This document shows positions 35,584 through 47,792 of a DNA stretch of 64,000 nt, piece by piece. A model generated the notes under the pieces. It worked only from the letters and a program-made list of their open reading frames with translations, was not told where the DNA came from and did no database searches. The stretch lies in assembly GCA_964106645.2 (NCBI GenBank), contig OZ067038.1. One strand, written 5' to 3'. Position numbers and translations under genes: made by a program. Within the stretch, counting starts at the first letter, position 1, and each line of letters starts with the position of its first letter. This DNA is from Podarcis pityusensis. Lineage: Eukaryota.

Positions 35584-38500
35584 CTACTGAGCAAAAGGGT
35601 TTGCGTGGATTGTAACATCTTTAACATGGACGTCATTAAGGGGGCGGAATGTCTTCTCGTTCACTGGCAGTTTCTCCAGCTCATCCAGGGTATCCAAGCC
35701 ATCGATTACCCTGTTTGAGCAGGCAAGAAATGAAAAATAGCAATGAGAACCTCCCTGCACAGAAAGGCACAAACTTCAGATGACAATTTTTCAACCTCGT
35801 GGAATGATACGTCTTCTGATATACAGTGGTACCTCTGGTTAAGTACTTAATTCGTTCCGGAGATCCGTTCTTAACCTGAAACTGTTCTTAACCTAAAGCA
35901 CCACTTTAGCTAATGGGGCCTCCCACTGCTGCTGCCGCGCTGCTGGAGCACGATTTCTGTTCTGATCCTGAAGCAAAGTTCTTAACCCGAGGTACTATTT
36001 CTGGGTTAGTGGAGTCTGTAACCTGAAGCGTATGTAACCCGAGGTACCACTGTACATAAAAACTTAAGGCTGGCATGACGCAGTTCATGTGGCCGCCAAC
36101 TCGAGTATGATGACAGAATTAAATACTGCATTATACAATTCAATACTGTAATACTCACTTCCCAAACACGGTGTATTTCATGTCCAGGTGTGGCTGTTTG
36201 CCGTAGGTGATGAAGAATTGAGACCCATTTGTATTTGGACCATTATTTGCCATAGAAACAACTCCACGGACACTGTGCTGAGAGAGGAAGATGGAAAGTG
36301 GGAGTGGGGACCCAAAAACAAGTCTTTTTATTATTATTATAGCATTTTTCTCCTGCCTTTCACTAGATGGTCTTAAAATGTAACACACTAAAATGCAATA
36401 AATTATTATTATATACTACTACATCTCTGGGTTTGTGTCGTTTCCTTCCAAGCCAAAAAAAGGGCAACTTCCCTGTTCACATAAACGTACAGCAAGAAGA
36501 AACTGTTAATGAACAAAGCAAAACATACTTTTAAGTATTCACTGTATTCATCTTCAAATTTTCTGCCCCAAATGCTATTTCCTCCTTTTCCGGAGCCTGA
36601 AAGAACAAGAGGGATGGGGGAAGTTGGGTAGATAGGTTAGCAGGATTCCTACAAATCCAGGCACCTTTTCCCCATGTCCACAACATACACATATCTCCCT
36701 TAAGTCCGTAGCAAATTGGTGATGACTAAGCAACAGGAGATGTCCTCTCTGGTTTGTGCTGCTGTTTGGAAAAAAGGCAAGAAATAATGAAAAGACTTTC
36801 TCAGCAGCATAACAGACTCATGCCATTTCTCATCTCTCAAAAACCTCACTGCAGATCAGAGAACACCCCATGCCACTCCCCCGAACACCCCAAATATGCA
36901 AGAAGACAATAAAGCAAACATACTGCAAGGCATCTACAGGGTAGAAAGAGCCAGAATTGGGAGGACTGTATTGTACCTCCATTTCAGAAGCAACCTATTT
37001 ATGACGCTATTATCCCCCAATATCATAGAACTCAAAGGAACTTGCACTGGATTCCCAAGTGGTCTTTTGTGCAGATTCTGGTTAGATTCTGAAAGGTTCC
37101 CAAATCATGTACGTTCAGATGATGTCCAAGCCTAACCCCCTAGATTTCCCCTTCTTAAGCACCTTTCAGATGATTTAGGACTTGCATTCCTACAAATCCA
37201 GGTAAAGGTAAAGGGACCCCTGACCATTAGGTCCAGTCCTGACCGACTCTGGGGTTGCGGCGCTCATCTCGCTTTATTGGCCAAGGGAGCCGGCGTACAG
37301 CTTCCAGGTCATGTGGCCAGCATGACTAAGCCGCTTCTGGCAAACCAGAGCAGTGCACGGAAACACCGTTTACTTTCCCGCCGGAGTGGTACCTATTTAT
37401 CTACTTGCACTTTGACATGTTTTCAAACTGCTAGGTGGGCAGGAGCAGGGACCGAGCAACGGGAGCTCACCCCGTCGCGGGGATTCGAACTGCCAACCTT
37501 CTGATCGGCAAGTCCTAGGCTCTGTGGTTTAACCCACAGTGCCACCCGCGTCCCAATAGTTATTAGGTACTAGGGTTAAATACTACCACCAATTTCAAAG
37601 GAAACAGACATTGATCTGACTGGCTCCAATCTCTATGTTGGCAAAGGATGATATTAACAGGTCAGCATGAAGGAACCAGGTGGATGCTATCAATATCTGA
37701 GCAGAGTCCACTGATCTAAGAAAAGTCACAGCAAATTCCACTTGCAGCTGACCTTTTCTCACATATTTTACACCTTCACTAACGAGTGTTTTCTCAATTT
37801 CCTGTTGTATACAAGAACCAGCCATTTCACTAAGAGACTGAGCTGTGAATCAGGAGGTCGAATTGAGAATCTCCTGGTTTGCAGAGTTTCAATTCAATGC
37901 TCACCACCGTGAACTTGCCACTCTTGGAAAGATCACTATTCTCCGTATCTCAAGCCTTCATAGGCAACATGGGATATTAGAGTTGGCCTACATTATAAGA
38001 TTGCTTTAATGGGGCTCTACAAACACGCTAAGTATTATGATTGTGATGCACTGGATACTTTTTTTGAAATACGATCTATACAGCCTGTAGCATTGACTGG
38101 CCTTCCTTGCATATACAGTAATGCCTTTTAAAATTCAAAATTAGTATCTATTTGTTTGAAAGAATTCAATAGCACAACAACAGTTCTCATGTTGACTGAT
38201 GCTTCTCTCAGTGCTCCAAGAGAATGGTTTAAGACATATCTAACTTTAAAAAAAGGAATTACCTGTTGGATCTCCAGTCTGCACCATAAATCCTTTGATA
38301 TTCCGGTGAAAAATACAGCCATTGTAGTAGTTACTAGCGCAGAGTGCCAGAAAATTCTAGAAAAAGAACCAGAAGCCTAGTTAAGAAATAAACCAGCAGT
38401 AAAATGCAAAATGGTACGAGGACATAAAATTTTGTCCCCTTTGAATCACATGTTCCTTTCTTTTCCCTTTTCTTTCCAGCACTAACTGCTGTAACCTTTA

Positions 38501-41500
38501 AATTATTTAAACCATTATTTTTTGCCAATCTGATTTTTTGTGGTGTTAGAAAATCCAGATTAAAATGTAACAAAATTTTGCTAAAAACAACTGTGTGTAA
38601 AACTTGCATAGACAAGCTGCTGGCAATGCAAAATAAACTCCTGCCTGGAAGAACCTTTCATCTAACCAGCATTCATTTTATATTAATATAGCTATAATGG
38701 AGAAAGTTCCACATAAATTTGAGATTTAGACAAGGACTAAAACCTCCAGACAAATTTTATACAATTTGGCATCCCTTTGTTACATACACAGTGGAAGCAT
38801 CTTTTTCAAGACAACCTTGACAAACCTGGAATGATACTTGGGAATCAAATAACATAAATAGGCTTCTTTTATGTGTATACAACTTTTATTCTTACTTTTT
38901 TCTTTCATTCTTTTTTCCCCTTTCCTTTTCCCCCTTTTTATTCTTGCTTGGTTTTTCATCTTTTAATTTTCATCTGTTGTTATGAAATAACAAATCTTTA
39001 TCCGAACGCCACATTCATTTATGTTGTGTTCTACTATTTGCAGCCGATGGAATGAACTGAAGACTGGCTTATCTTTATCTGGTGAAACTATTTTGAAAAC
39101 AGAACGTGCCTCAAAGGAAACTGGATCAGCGGGTGCAAAAGCGTCAGGGCGTAGCTGTTAATTACAGCAGACTGCCTACTAAGGAATGAAAGCTCCTATT
39201 CTAACAGGAAACAAGGATGATTCACTAACCCTACCTACCTTTTCATGTTCGATTGTACCTTAATGAGAATTTAATTTAACTGAATTACCGTATTTTTCAC
39301 TCTATAACACGCACCCGACCATAACACGCACATAGTTTTTAGAGGAGGAAAACAAGAAAAAAAATATTCTAAACGAAACAGTGGATGTATGATTTTTTTG
39401 GTTCATGCTGTGGCCACAGACATGTAATCTGATGGTGAGTTTGGGGTAACCCAATGCAAAAATCCTGAGTATCCATGTGGATCCGTGCTTTGTAACCACG
39501 TTTTAAGTGGGGAGGGAAGGAAAAGCACTCAAGGGACAAGGAACACGCGTGGGGTGGGTGGAGAAGGATGCTGTTAATAACGCAGAAGAGGGGTATAAGA
39601 GGAGAAGGCTCCTGTCCTCTCCCGCTTTGCTCCTTTAAAGCAAGGAGGCTCTCTGTCCCTCTCTCCTCCCCACTCAGCGGCTCTTCTCCCGCTTTGCTGT
39701 TTCAAAGCGAGCCACGGAGGAGGGAAGGAAGGGGAACCATGGATCCTCTGCTCACGACTGCAGAAGACCCCCCCGCCATCCATAGGCATTCACTCCATAA
39801 CACGCACAGACATTTCCCCTTACTTTCTAGGAGGAAAAAAGTGAGTGTTATGGTGCAAAAAATACGGTATTTTATTCAATTTTTATCCAACCATTTCCTC
39901 CCAGGAGCTGAAGGTCGCATACATGATTCTCCCCCCCACCCCATTTAATCCCTACAAAAACCCCATGGGGTAGGTTAGGCTAAGAGAGACCCAAGGTCAG
40001 CGACTGACCTAATGTCATCCGGTTACCGTATTTTTCGCTCTATAAGACACAGTTTCTCTCTCCTAAAAAGTAAGGGGAAATGTGTGTGCGTCTTAAAGAG
40101 CGAATGCAGGCAGGGAGGCTCTGCTCAGCGCTCCCTTTAAAGAGCCGCGTGGAGCGTGTGTGTGGCTCTTTAAAGGGAGCGCGGCTCTTGGGGGAGCCTT
40201 AGCCGCAGGCAGCCTCTCCCGGGAAAGGGGAGCCTTCATCCCGCTACCCAGGAGAGGCTGCGCGCAGCTATCCCATAAGCCAGGACAGCCACTGGGATCA
40301 CTGCACAGCGATCCCGCTTGCTGTCCTAGCTTCTGGGATTCAGAATTTTTCCCCTCTTGTTTTCCTCTTCCAAAAACTAGGTGCGCCTTATGGTCTGGCG
40401 CGTCTTACAGAGCGAAAATACGGTAGCTTCGTGGCTGAGTGGGGGTTTTCAACCCTGCTCTCCCAGATACTATAGTCCAACACACTCAACTAACTCATCG
40501 CACCGGCTCTCGATTTGGTATATGAAATCTAAACGTGGAAGGTGACTGCTCATATTATTTAACAGACAGAGGTGGGCAACCTGTGGCCCTTTAGCCTAAT
40601 TTCAATAGCCCTTTGCAAGCCATCAGTTCAGACCTCTGGAAAGAGCAATGTGTCCTGTCTCCCCCTCCTGTAGTGTGTATGGGGGCGGGGGGGGAAGGAA
40701 AGAGAAGGGGGGGCCATCACTTACTTCACATGCCTTGGGTGCTCTTTCACAGAATAGCTCTATTTTAATTTCTCCCACATCGGTGTGTAGGGTCACAGCC
40801 TGGGGGTGGTGAGGAAAAATTATTATTTATTCACAGCAGTTCAGGCAAACAGCAGCCAAATCAGCAATACAATTAAGCCGGGTTATATCAGAGCAAGAGG
40901 AGCAGCACACACAAAAGTATCTTAAAATTATTTGCAGACAGCCCAAAAGTTTAATATTTATTCTTTTATTTTACTTATTTATTGAATTTATATACCGCCC
41001 TATACCTGGAGGTCTCAGGGCGGTTCAGAGAACAAAATCAAAATATAAAACCACAATGTATATAATAAAAATAAAAATAACAACCCAATAACGCACGCCG
41101 CCCCCAAATTCTGTTTAGCTATCCTTTTGCAAGTAAAGTAATGCATTTCCACAACTAGTTAGCTTCCCCCCTACCCCAGGTGTCTGGCTCAGAATGCACA
41201 CATAGAATATCAGGATGCAAACAAAACTCTCCCTTCAAACAGGCAGGTTTTCCGATTGTGGAAACTTGACCCCTCTTGCAGGAATTACAAGGTATGGGCA
41301 TTCAACCGGCTTCCGCAAAGATGCTTCAGGAATGTTTAGGGGAAAGGCCTAAATAACCTTTGCACTGAAGTCCTGATCAAGTCTGCAGCCCAGAGGAAAA
41401 AATAATTCAACTGCAATGTATTTATGTAGGACGGATCCTATGCATATGACACAGGAAGCACATGCAACTGAGTTAAAGGTCACAGTCTGGGAAGTGGGGA

Positions 41501-42722
41501 AGAATTAAAATCTTAAATCAAGCATGCCCATCATTAGTTTTTAGTTAAAGCTATCCAATCCAGGCTTTAGCGTGTTTTATATAATTATTACTGTATTGAT
41601 TATGTTCATTTGTTTCAATGTTTTTATTATGTTTTATTGCATTTTACATGTGCAGTAGACCCGCAACTTTGGCACATTTAACTTGTGTGCATTCGGCTTT
41701 ATGCACTTGGTAAAACAATAACAATAATAATTTAAAGGGAAGGCAGAAACTTTTGCAATCCCACCTGCCACTGCACCCGATGTGCTTTCACTATGCATGA
41801 TTTTGGCTTTATGCACTATCCATGGAACGTTAACCACCGTGTCAGTTGCAGGTCTACTGCATTGTAAATTGCTTTTTAATGTAAAGTGATATACAAGTCT
41901 AAGAAACCACTTTTTTAAAATTGTGAGGATTACTGAGATAATGTGTGAGAAGCACTTTATACTATTATTATTATTATTATTATTATTTATTATTAATAAT
42001 AACTGAATCTATATGGTGCCCTATACAGTCATACCTCGGGCTGAATACGCGTTCGAGTTGCGCTCTGCGGCAACCCGGAAGTAACGGAGCGCATTACTTC
42101 CGGCTTTCGCCACTTGTGCATGCGCAGACGCTCAAAATGATGTCACGCGCATGCGCAGAAGTGGTGAAAAGCATGCGCAGACGTGCCATCGCTAGTTACG
42201 TTTGCTTCTAGATGCGAACGGGGCTCTGCAACGGATCCCGTTCGTATCTAGAGGTACCACTGTACCCGGAAATCTCAGGGCGGTTCACAGAACAAAATCA
42301 AAATACAGTGGTGCCTCGCAAGACGAAATTAATCCGTTCCGCGAGTCTCTTCGTCTTGCGGTTTTTTTCGTCTTGTGAAGCACGGCTATTAGCGGCTTAG
42401 CGGCTATTAACGGCTTAGCGGCTTTAAGAAAAAGGAAACAAACTCGCAAGACGTTTCGTCTTGCAAAGCAAGCCCATAGGGAAATTCGTCTTGCGGAACG
42501 ACTCAAAAAACGCAAAACCCTTTCGTCTAGCGAGTTTTTCGTCTTGCGAGGCATTCATCTTGCGGGGCACCACTGTATAAAACCACAAAATATATAATCA
42601 AAATAAAAACAACTGGACTACTAAATAACTGTATTATGAAACCAAACTGGAAGATTATTTATGGAAGTCTCCAATGGTTATCTTAAAAGCAGATAGGATA
42701 CTGAAACAACCATTCTTACCAT
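35584..42722 (-). CDS. PPIL3: Peptidyl-prolyl isomerase-like 3 (cyclophilin J), 161 aa; join (minus) 42722-42720,40799-40725,38356-38263,36596-36529,36277-36159,35710-35584
   Basis: [32 protein letters not shown]...[15 protein letters not shown]...[18 protein letters not shown]...IHANPFAQ*; total 486 nt; AUG inferred at the end of the exon 42793-42720. Confidence 0.95.
35824..36052. mobile_element. Tc1/mariner (Tigger-like) MITE, family B
   Basis: Same TIRs and body as 32822-33047; TA flanks. Confidence 0.85.
37201..37554 (-). mobile_element. Sauria SINE
   Basis: Full-length reverse copy with (aaaggt)n tail. Confidence 0.9.
39288..39867. mobile_element. pogo/Tigger-type MITE, family D
   Basis: TIR ccgtattttt..aaaaatacgg with TA flanks. 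Confidence 0.8.
40026..40423. mobile_element. pogo/Tigger-type MITE, family D, inserted in an older MIR-like SINE (about 39870-40510)
   Basis: TIR ccgtatttttcgctct..agagcgaaaatacgg, TA flanks; the flanks join into a CORE-SINE-like sequence. Confidence 0.75.
41653..41859. mobile_element. Old MITE
   Basis: Inverted termini cagtagacccgcaact / agttgcaggtctactg. Confidence 0.6.
42026..42262. mobile_element. Tc1/mariner MITE, family C
   Basis: cagtcatacctc..gaggtaccactg, TA flanks. Confidence 0.8.
42306..42575. mobile_element. Tc1/mariner MITE, family A, short intact copy
   Basis: TIR cagtggtgcc(t/c)cgcaaga, TA flanks. Confidence 0.88.
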
Positions 42723-43279
42723 CTTTTCTGGCCAGGAATGCAAAGCATATCAGAAGAGGCAACACCATCTGATCCTGTCAGGATTTCACAATTCTGCAGC
42801 AACAGAAGACAGAGCATCATAATTTGCCATGGGAGGTGGGAGAGAAAGAGTACGTAAATTCAGTTTGTTGCTTCTTCTTTTTTAAGACGATTGCTAACAG
42901 CAACATCATAATCTTACCCCTTTTGCCTTCACCCATTCCTTGCTGCATAAAAAAAAAATGGCTGATATTTTTTCTAGGATAATAAGCTACCCAACAGAAA
43001 AAAGCAACCTCATCTATTCACCACTGATGTAACAACAACCCCATTTTGGGACCCCTTCCACATAGGCTGCTAGCAGATATATTTTGTTTTCCCTCTCCAT
43101 GGGAACCTTTAAATTTGAGATATTCTGCATTTCCTATCTGGAAATAATAAGTACATGTCTATCCTTAAGAATCAGGTGATCTGACCTTCAGGACAGCTCT
43201 ATATATCATTCCCCACCCCTGTCTCTCACACTCCTGTCACTCATGTACATCTACATCAATGTTAAAGCTATTTAATATT

Positions 43280-43600
43280 AGGTAAAGGGACCCCTGACCG
43301 TTAGGTCCAGTCGTGGCCGACTCTGGGGTCGCGGCGCTCATCTCGCTTTTTTGGCCGAGGGAGCCGGCGTACAGCTTCCGGGTCATGTGGCCAGCATGAC
43401 TAAGCCGCTTCTGGCGAACCAGAGCAGCACACGGAAACGCCGTTTACCTTCCCGCCAGAGCAGTACCTATTTATCTACTTGCACCTTGACGTGCTTTTGA
43501 ACTGCTAGGTTGGCAGGAGCAGGGACCGAGTAACGGGAGCTCACCCCGTTGCAGGGATTCGAACCACCGACCTTCTGATTGGCAAGTCCTAGGCTCAGTA
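43280..43600 (-). mobile_element. Sauria SINE, slightly 5'-truncated
   Basis: Reverse copy; imperfect TSD ttaaagcta..tttaatatt. Confidence 0.88.
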
Positions 43601-43635
43601 TTAAAGCTACGTTTAATATTGAGGTAACACTGTAT

Positions 43636-44079
43636 GCCTGTTTTCTTTGTCCATGGAGTTTTCTTGGCAGGGATACTGGAGTGGCTTGCCGATTCCTGCT
43701 CTACGTGGATCACGTTTGATCAACACTCTGCACTATGATCTGTCCATCTTGGGTGGCCCTGCACGGCATAGCTTATAGCTTCTCTGAGTTATTCAAGCCC
43801 CTTTGCCATGGCAAGGCAGTGATCCATGAAGGACAGATCGTGAAGCTGAGGCTCCAATACTTTGGCCACCTCATGAGAAGAGAAGACTCCCTGGAAAAGA
43901 CCCTGATGCTGGGAAAGATGGAGGGCACAAGGAGAAGGGGATGACAGAGGAGGTTGGACAGTGTTCTCGAAGCTATGAACATGAGTTTGACCAAACTGCA
44001 GAAGGCAGTGGAAGACAGGAGTGCCTGGTCCATGGGGTCACGAAGAGTCGGACACAACTAAACGACTAAACAACAACAG
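43636..44079 (+). mobile_element. Internally deleted Bov-B derivative (5' region fused to 3' end)
   Basis: Bov-B 5'-type sequence (gatactggagtggcttgcc..cttgggtggccctgcacggcat) joins the 3' end at about 43830; (caa)n tail; TSD cactgtat at 43628-43635 and 44080-44087. Confidence 0.8.
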
Positions 44080-44579
44080 CACTGTATACACAAACACATA
44101 ACATTCTGGTTTCACCAAGTCTATTGCTTTGTGCAACCTGATCTAACGGTGCCAACTTGAATACAATATGGGGGGGGGGGAACCCCTTGGCCCCTAGGAG
44201 TTGGCTCCTATGACCTGATCCTAAGCATGTTTACTCAGAAGTAAACACCACTGAACTGGGATGGGACTTAACATCCAAAGAGCAAAGATATAACCTGATC
44301 TGAAGAATACACGCTGAGTTCAGGAGCACTTTCTCCCAGGTAAGCGAAATAACAGGGACCCATCATCCTTCCTTCCTCTCCCCCCCCTACTTTGTTTAGG
44401 TCAATTTTTGATGTTTTAGCATGCTTTTAATATTCTGTTGGGAGCCGCCCAGAGTGGCAGATGGACGGGGTAAGAAAAAGAAGAAGGCTAGTGAAAATCA
44501 AGGCTGCTACTGCAGCTACGAACTCTTGTTTTATTGTTTATTGTTGCAGAAATACGTTTTGATCAACCCGCTTCATCTC

Positions 44580-44860
44580 CACCCACCCCGCTGCAAATGG
44601 ACAGATCCTGCACTGCTAAAGGGTCCCCGGGCTCTGATCCTGCGCCGCTCACCGCTTACCTAAGAAGGGACTGCAACCTGGGCGCCCCTTTGCTCCTCGT
44701 GGGACCCGGGCAGGAAGTAGCGCTTCCCCGGGCCTGGGAGCCCGCCGGGAGGGCAGGAGGCGGCGCCGGATTAGAGCCGCGGAGCGAAGGAGGAGCCGAG
44801 CAGAGTCAGGCCTGGGTGGGCTCCGGTTCATCCTGATCCTCGTTCTGCACGTTTTGTAAG
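44580..44860. promoter_or_regulatory. Bidirectional CpG promoter shared by PPIL3 (-) and NIF3L1 (+)
   Basis: GC/CpG-rich; ETS-like caggaagt at 44711-44718; minus-strand donors after 44660 and 44653, plus-strand donor gtaagt at 44856. Confidence 0.75.
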
Positions 44861-46303
44861 TACCCCCCCCCCAAAAAAAATGCATGCAAGAAAATGCATG
44901 CAGGGCTTGGGTTTTTTAAATTATTATCCTCTCTTTGCACAGAATAACATCCGTCTCCCTGCCCTCTTCCTGCTCACCTCTTTATTCGCTCCGCCGGACT
45001 TTCACTTTTGGGGCGTTCATATTAAAGCATATTCTCTACCCCTGAAATACTTAATAGAAGGATTTTATTAATGACAAGCACAGGATTCTTGTGCTTCTTG
45101 TCCTTTCGATTTTTGGCCCACTAGGGTATTCTAACTGGAATGGAGGTGGGTTTTTTTGGTAATGTGTCATTGGACACTAGGGAGGCTGCTTTTCTAGATT
45201 CACTTCTGTGAGAGTAGGTCTCTTAAGATCTTGCTTTATCTTGAGCTCCCCCCCCCCTTTCCCCCCAAAAAGATTTATTGGGTTTTCACAAAATTAAAAA
45301 AACACACACAAATAAACAAACAAGCATAAATCATAACCTTATTAAAACTAATCTTAACATTGTTAAGTAACTTCCTCGTATCCCCCTAGTTGGATTTCAA
45401 TGAATATCATTTTAACGGTTTTCCAAATCAAAGTTCTTAAAACCTTAACTTAATCACTTAACATCAGTCATTCTTCCCAATTCAGCATTAAACATAATAA
45501 TTCCTCGCTTTTCTTAGAGGGTTTTTTCTTTTAAAAGAGTAGCCCAGATAATTTCCATTGTGATGAGCTTTTTACATTTATCTATGAGTTTTTAAAACCA
45601 GCTGTTCAAAAAAAAGTGTGGATTGAGAATAAATGGGGAGAAGATTTATTTGCAGTGGAGGGGACATTTCTCTCCCCCACCAAAAAAAGCTGGGGAGACT
45701 TCTGCTATTACCACATTGTTAGAGAAATGAAAGTTTGGATGAGGCCAGCAATTGTGTTGTTTGCAGCTACAGTGTAAATTCCTTGGATGGAAGTTGGTGC
45801 AGTGCTTTTTTATTTTGCTCTTCAAAATCTAGTACACAGTAGTGCTCAAGCTCAGCTACAGCACGGCAAAGAGGCGCACAATTTTTTCATCCCCATGGTT
45901 AATCCTGTGAACAGTGGTTCTGAGCCTTTTTTGTCAAAACACTTCACTTTGGACAAAATTCTGGTGGAATCCTTGCTGCTAAAATCCTGTCCACGGTTAG
46001 GCAGTTGGCTCATGACAGATGTAACATTCCCAGAGAAGATGCTATGATTGGGAAATTTCCTGCAAAGTTTATTTGTCATTCATTTTCAGTTCTGCATTAA
46101 ACAAGAGTTGTTTTAAATTCTTAAGGGGTGTATTTCTTTAATAAGTCATCTTATTCTATTGCATCTTACCCTACCTAGACGTTTAGAAAGCTTGTAGGAG
46201 TTTTTAGTCTTATTCTACTGCGGGCTTAATCTTCTGCATGTTTTAAATTACGGTTGTACATTTTTTTAGTGATAATTTTATTGTTTTATCTTTTATTGTA
46301 AAC

Positions 46304-46929
46304 CAGGGGTCGGCAAGGTTTACCTCAGCCTGGGCCGGTTCACTATAGCAGAGGTCACTCTGTGGGCCGGATTGTGCGTGTGTGTGTGAGTGTGTGCGCC
46401 CGCGATTTCTGGCGTCTGTGTCTGTGCAGACATGATTTTTGGCGCATGCGCATGGTGCTGCAGAAGTGAGTCCCCGCGCTGTGCCAGTTTAGCGCAGCAC
46501 GTGTGGACTCGCCAAGGGGGCGACTCGGTTCGAGGGCGGCTCGTGGGCCAGTTAAACAACCCCTGGCCCATGGGCCTTAGGTTGCCTAAAGGGAAAGGGA
46601 AAGGGACCCCTGACCATTAGGTCCAGTCTTGACCGACTCTGGGGTTGCGGTGCTCATCTCGCTTTATTGGCCGAGGGAGCCAGCGTACAGCTTCCGGGTC
46701 ATGTGGCCAACATGACTAAGCCGCTTCTGGCGAACCAGAGCAGCGCACGGAAACGCCGTTTACCTTCCCACCGGAGTGGTACCTATTGATCTACTTACAC
46801 TTTGACCGAGCAACGGGAACTCACCCCGTCGCGGGGATTCGAACTGCCGACCTTCTGATCGGCAAGCCCTAGGCTCTGTGGTTTAGACCACAGCGCCACC
46901 CGCGTCCCTCTTTAGGTTGCCTACCCCTG
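46304..46929. mobile_element. hAT-superfamily MITE containing a nested Sauria SINE
   Basis: TIR caggggt(c/a)ggcaa; perfect 8-bp TSD ttgtaaac at 46296-46303 and 46930-46937. Confidence 0.88.
46589..46910 (-). mobile_element. Sauria SINE nested in the hAT MITE
   Basis: 12-bp TSD ttaggttgccta. Confidence 0.9.
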
Positions 46930-47048
46930 TTGTAAACCTCCCTGAGGTTTTTCTACACTTGGTATATAAATTTTATGAAATGAAATAAATATTGGTAGAC
47001 CTACTGATTTTTCTTCTTCCTTACCTTTCAGGTTCTTTAGGAACCTGT

Positions 47049-47757
47049 ATGCAACTGAATCGGATTCCGAGGCAGTTCTTGCACATACGGTCTTTGATCA
47101 ATTTGACTGTGCGGTCCTTCATGGATCTGAAAGTTCTCGTTTCTTCCCTTAATGATTTTGCTTCGCTCTCTCTGGCCGAAAGTTGGGACAATGTGGGGCT
47201 CCTGGTTGAGCCAAGCCCTCCTCATTCTGTCCGCACCCTCTTCTTGACCAATGACCTCACAGAGGAAGTGATGGAAGAAGCCCTGCAGAAAAAGGCCGAT
47301 CTCATTCTCTCTTACCACCCACCTATTTTCCAACCACTGAAACACGTAACATGGAAAACGTGGAAGGAACGTCTTGTGATCCGAGCCTTGGAGAACCGAG
47401 TTGGCATTTATTCTCCACATACCGCGTATGACGCTGTACCTCATGGAGTCAATAACTGGCTTGCAAAAGGACTTGGTGAGACATTACTGTTTTTAAATAT
47501 AAAATGAATGTCAAAATTTATATATTGGGATGGGCCATGCATGAAGAAAACCAACCATAACATATCAGCACTTTTTAAAAAAACAACACTGAATGTTCCT
47601 CCTAACATTTAATGTTGATATTTTCTGCTCTTGAAAAGTGCTGCATAGACACCAAGCTCAATGGCTTGCAAAAAGATGGCTGTGGCAGTGAATGTAGAAT
47701 GTAGAATTATACTGAAGCAGTGCAGATGTGAGTTCACAGCCAATTTCTTCACCATGC

Positions 47758-47792
<35 letters not shown>

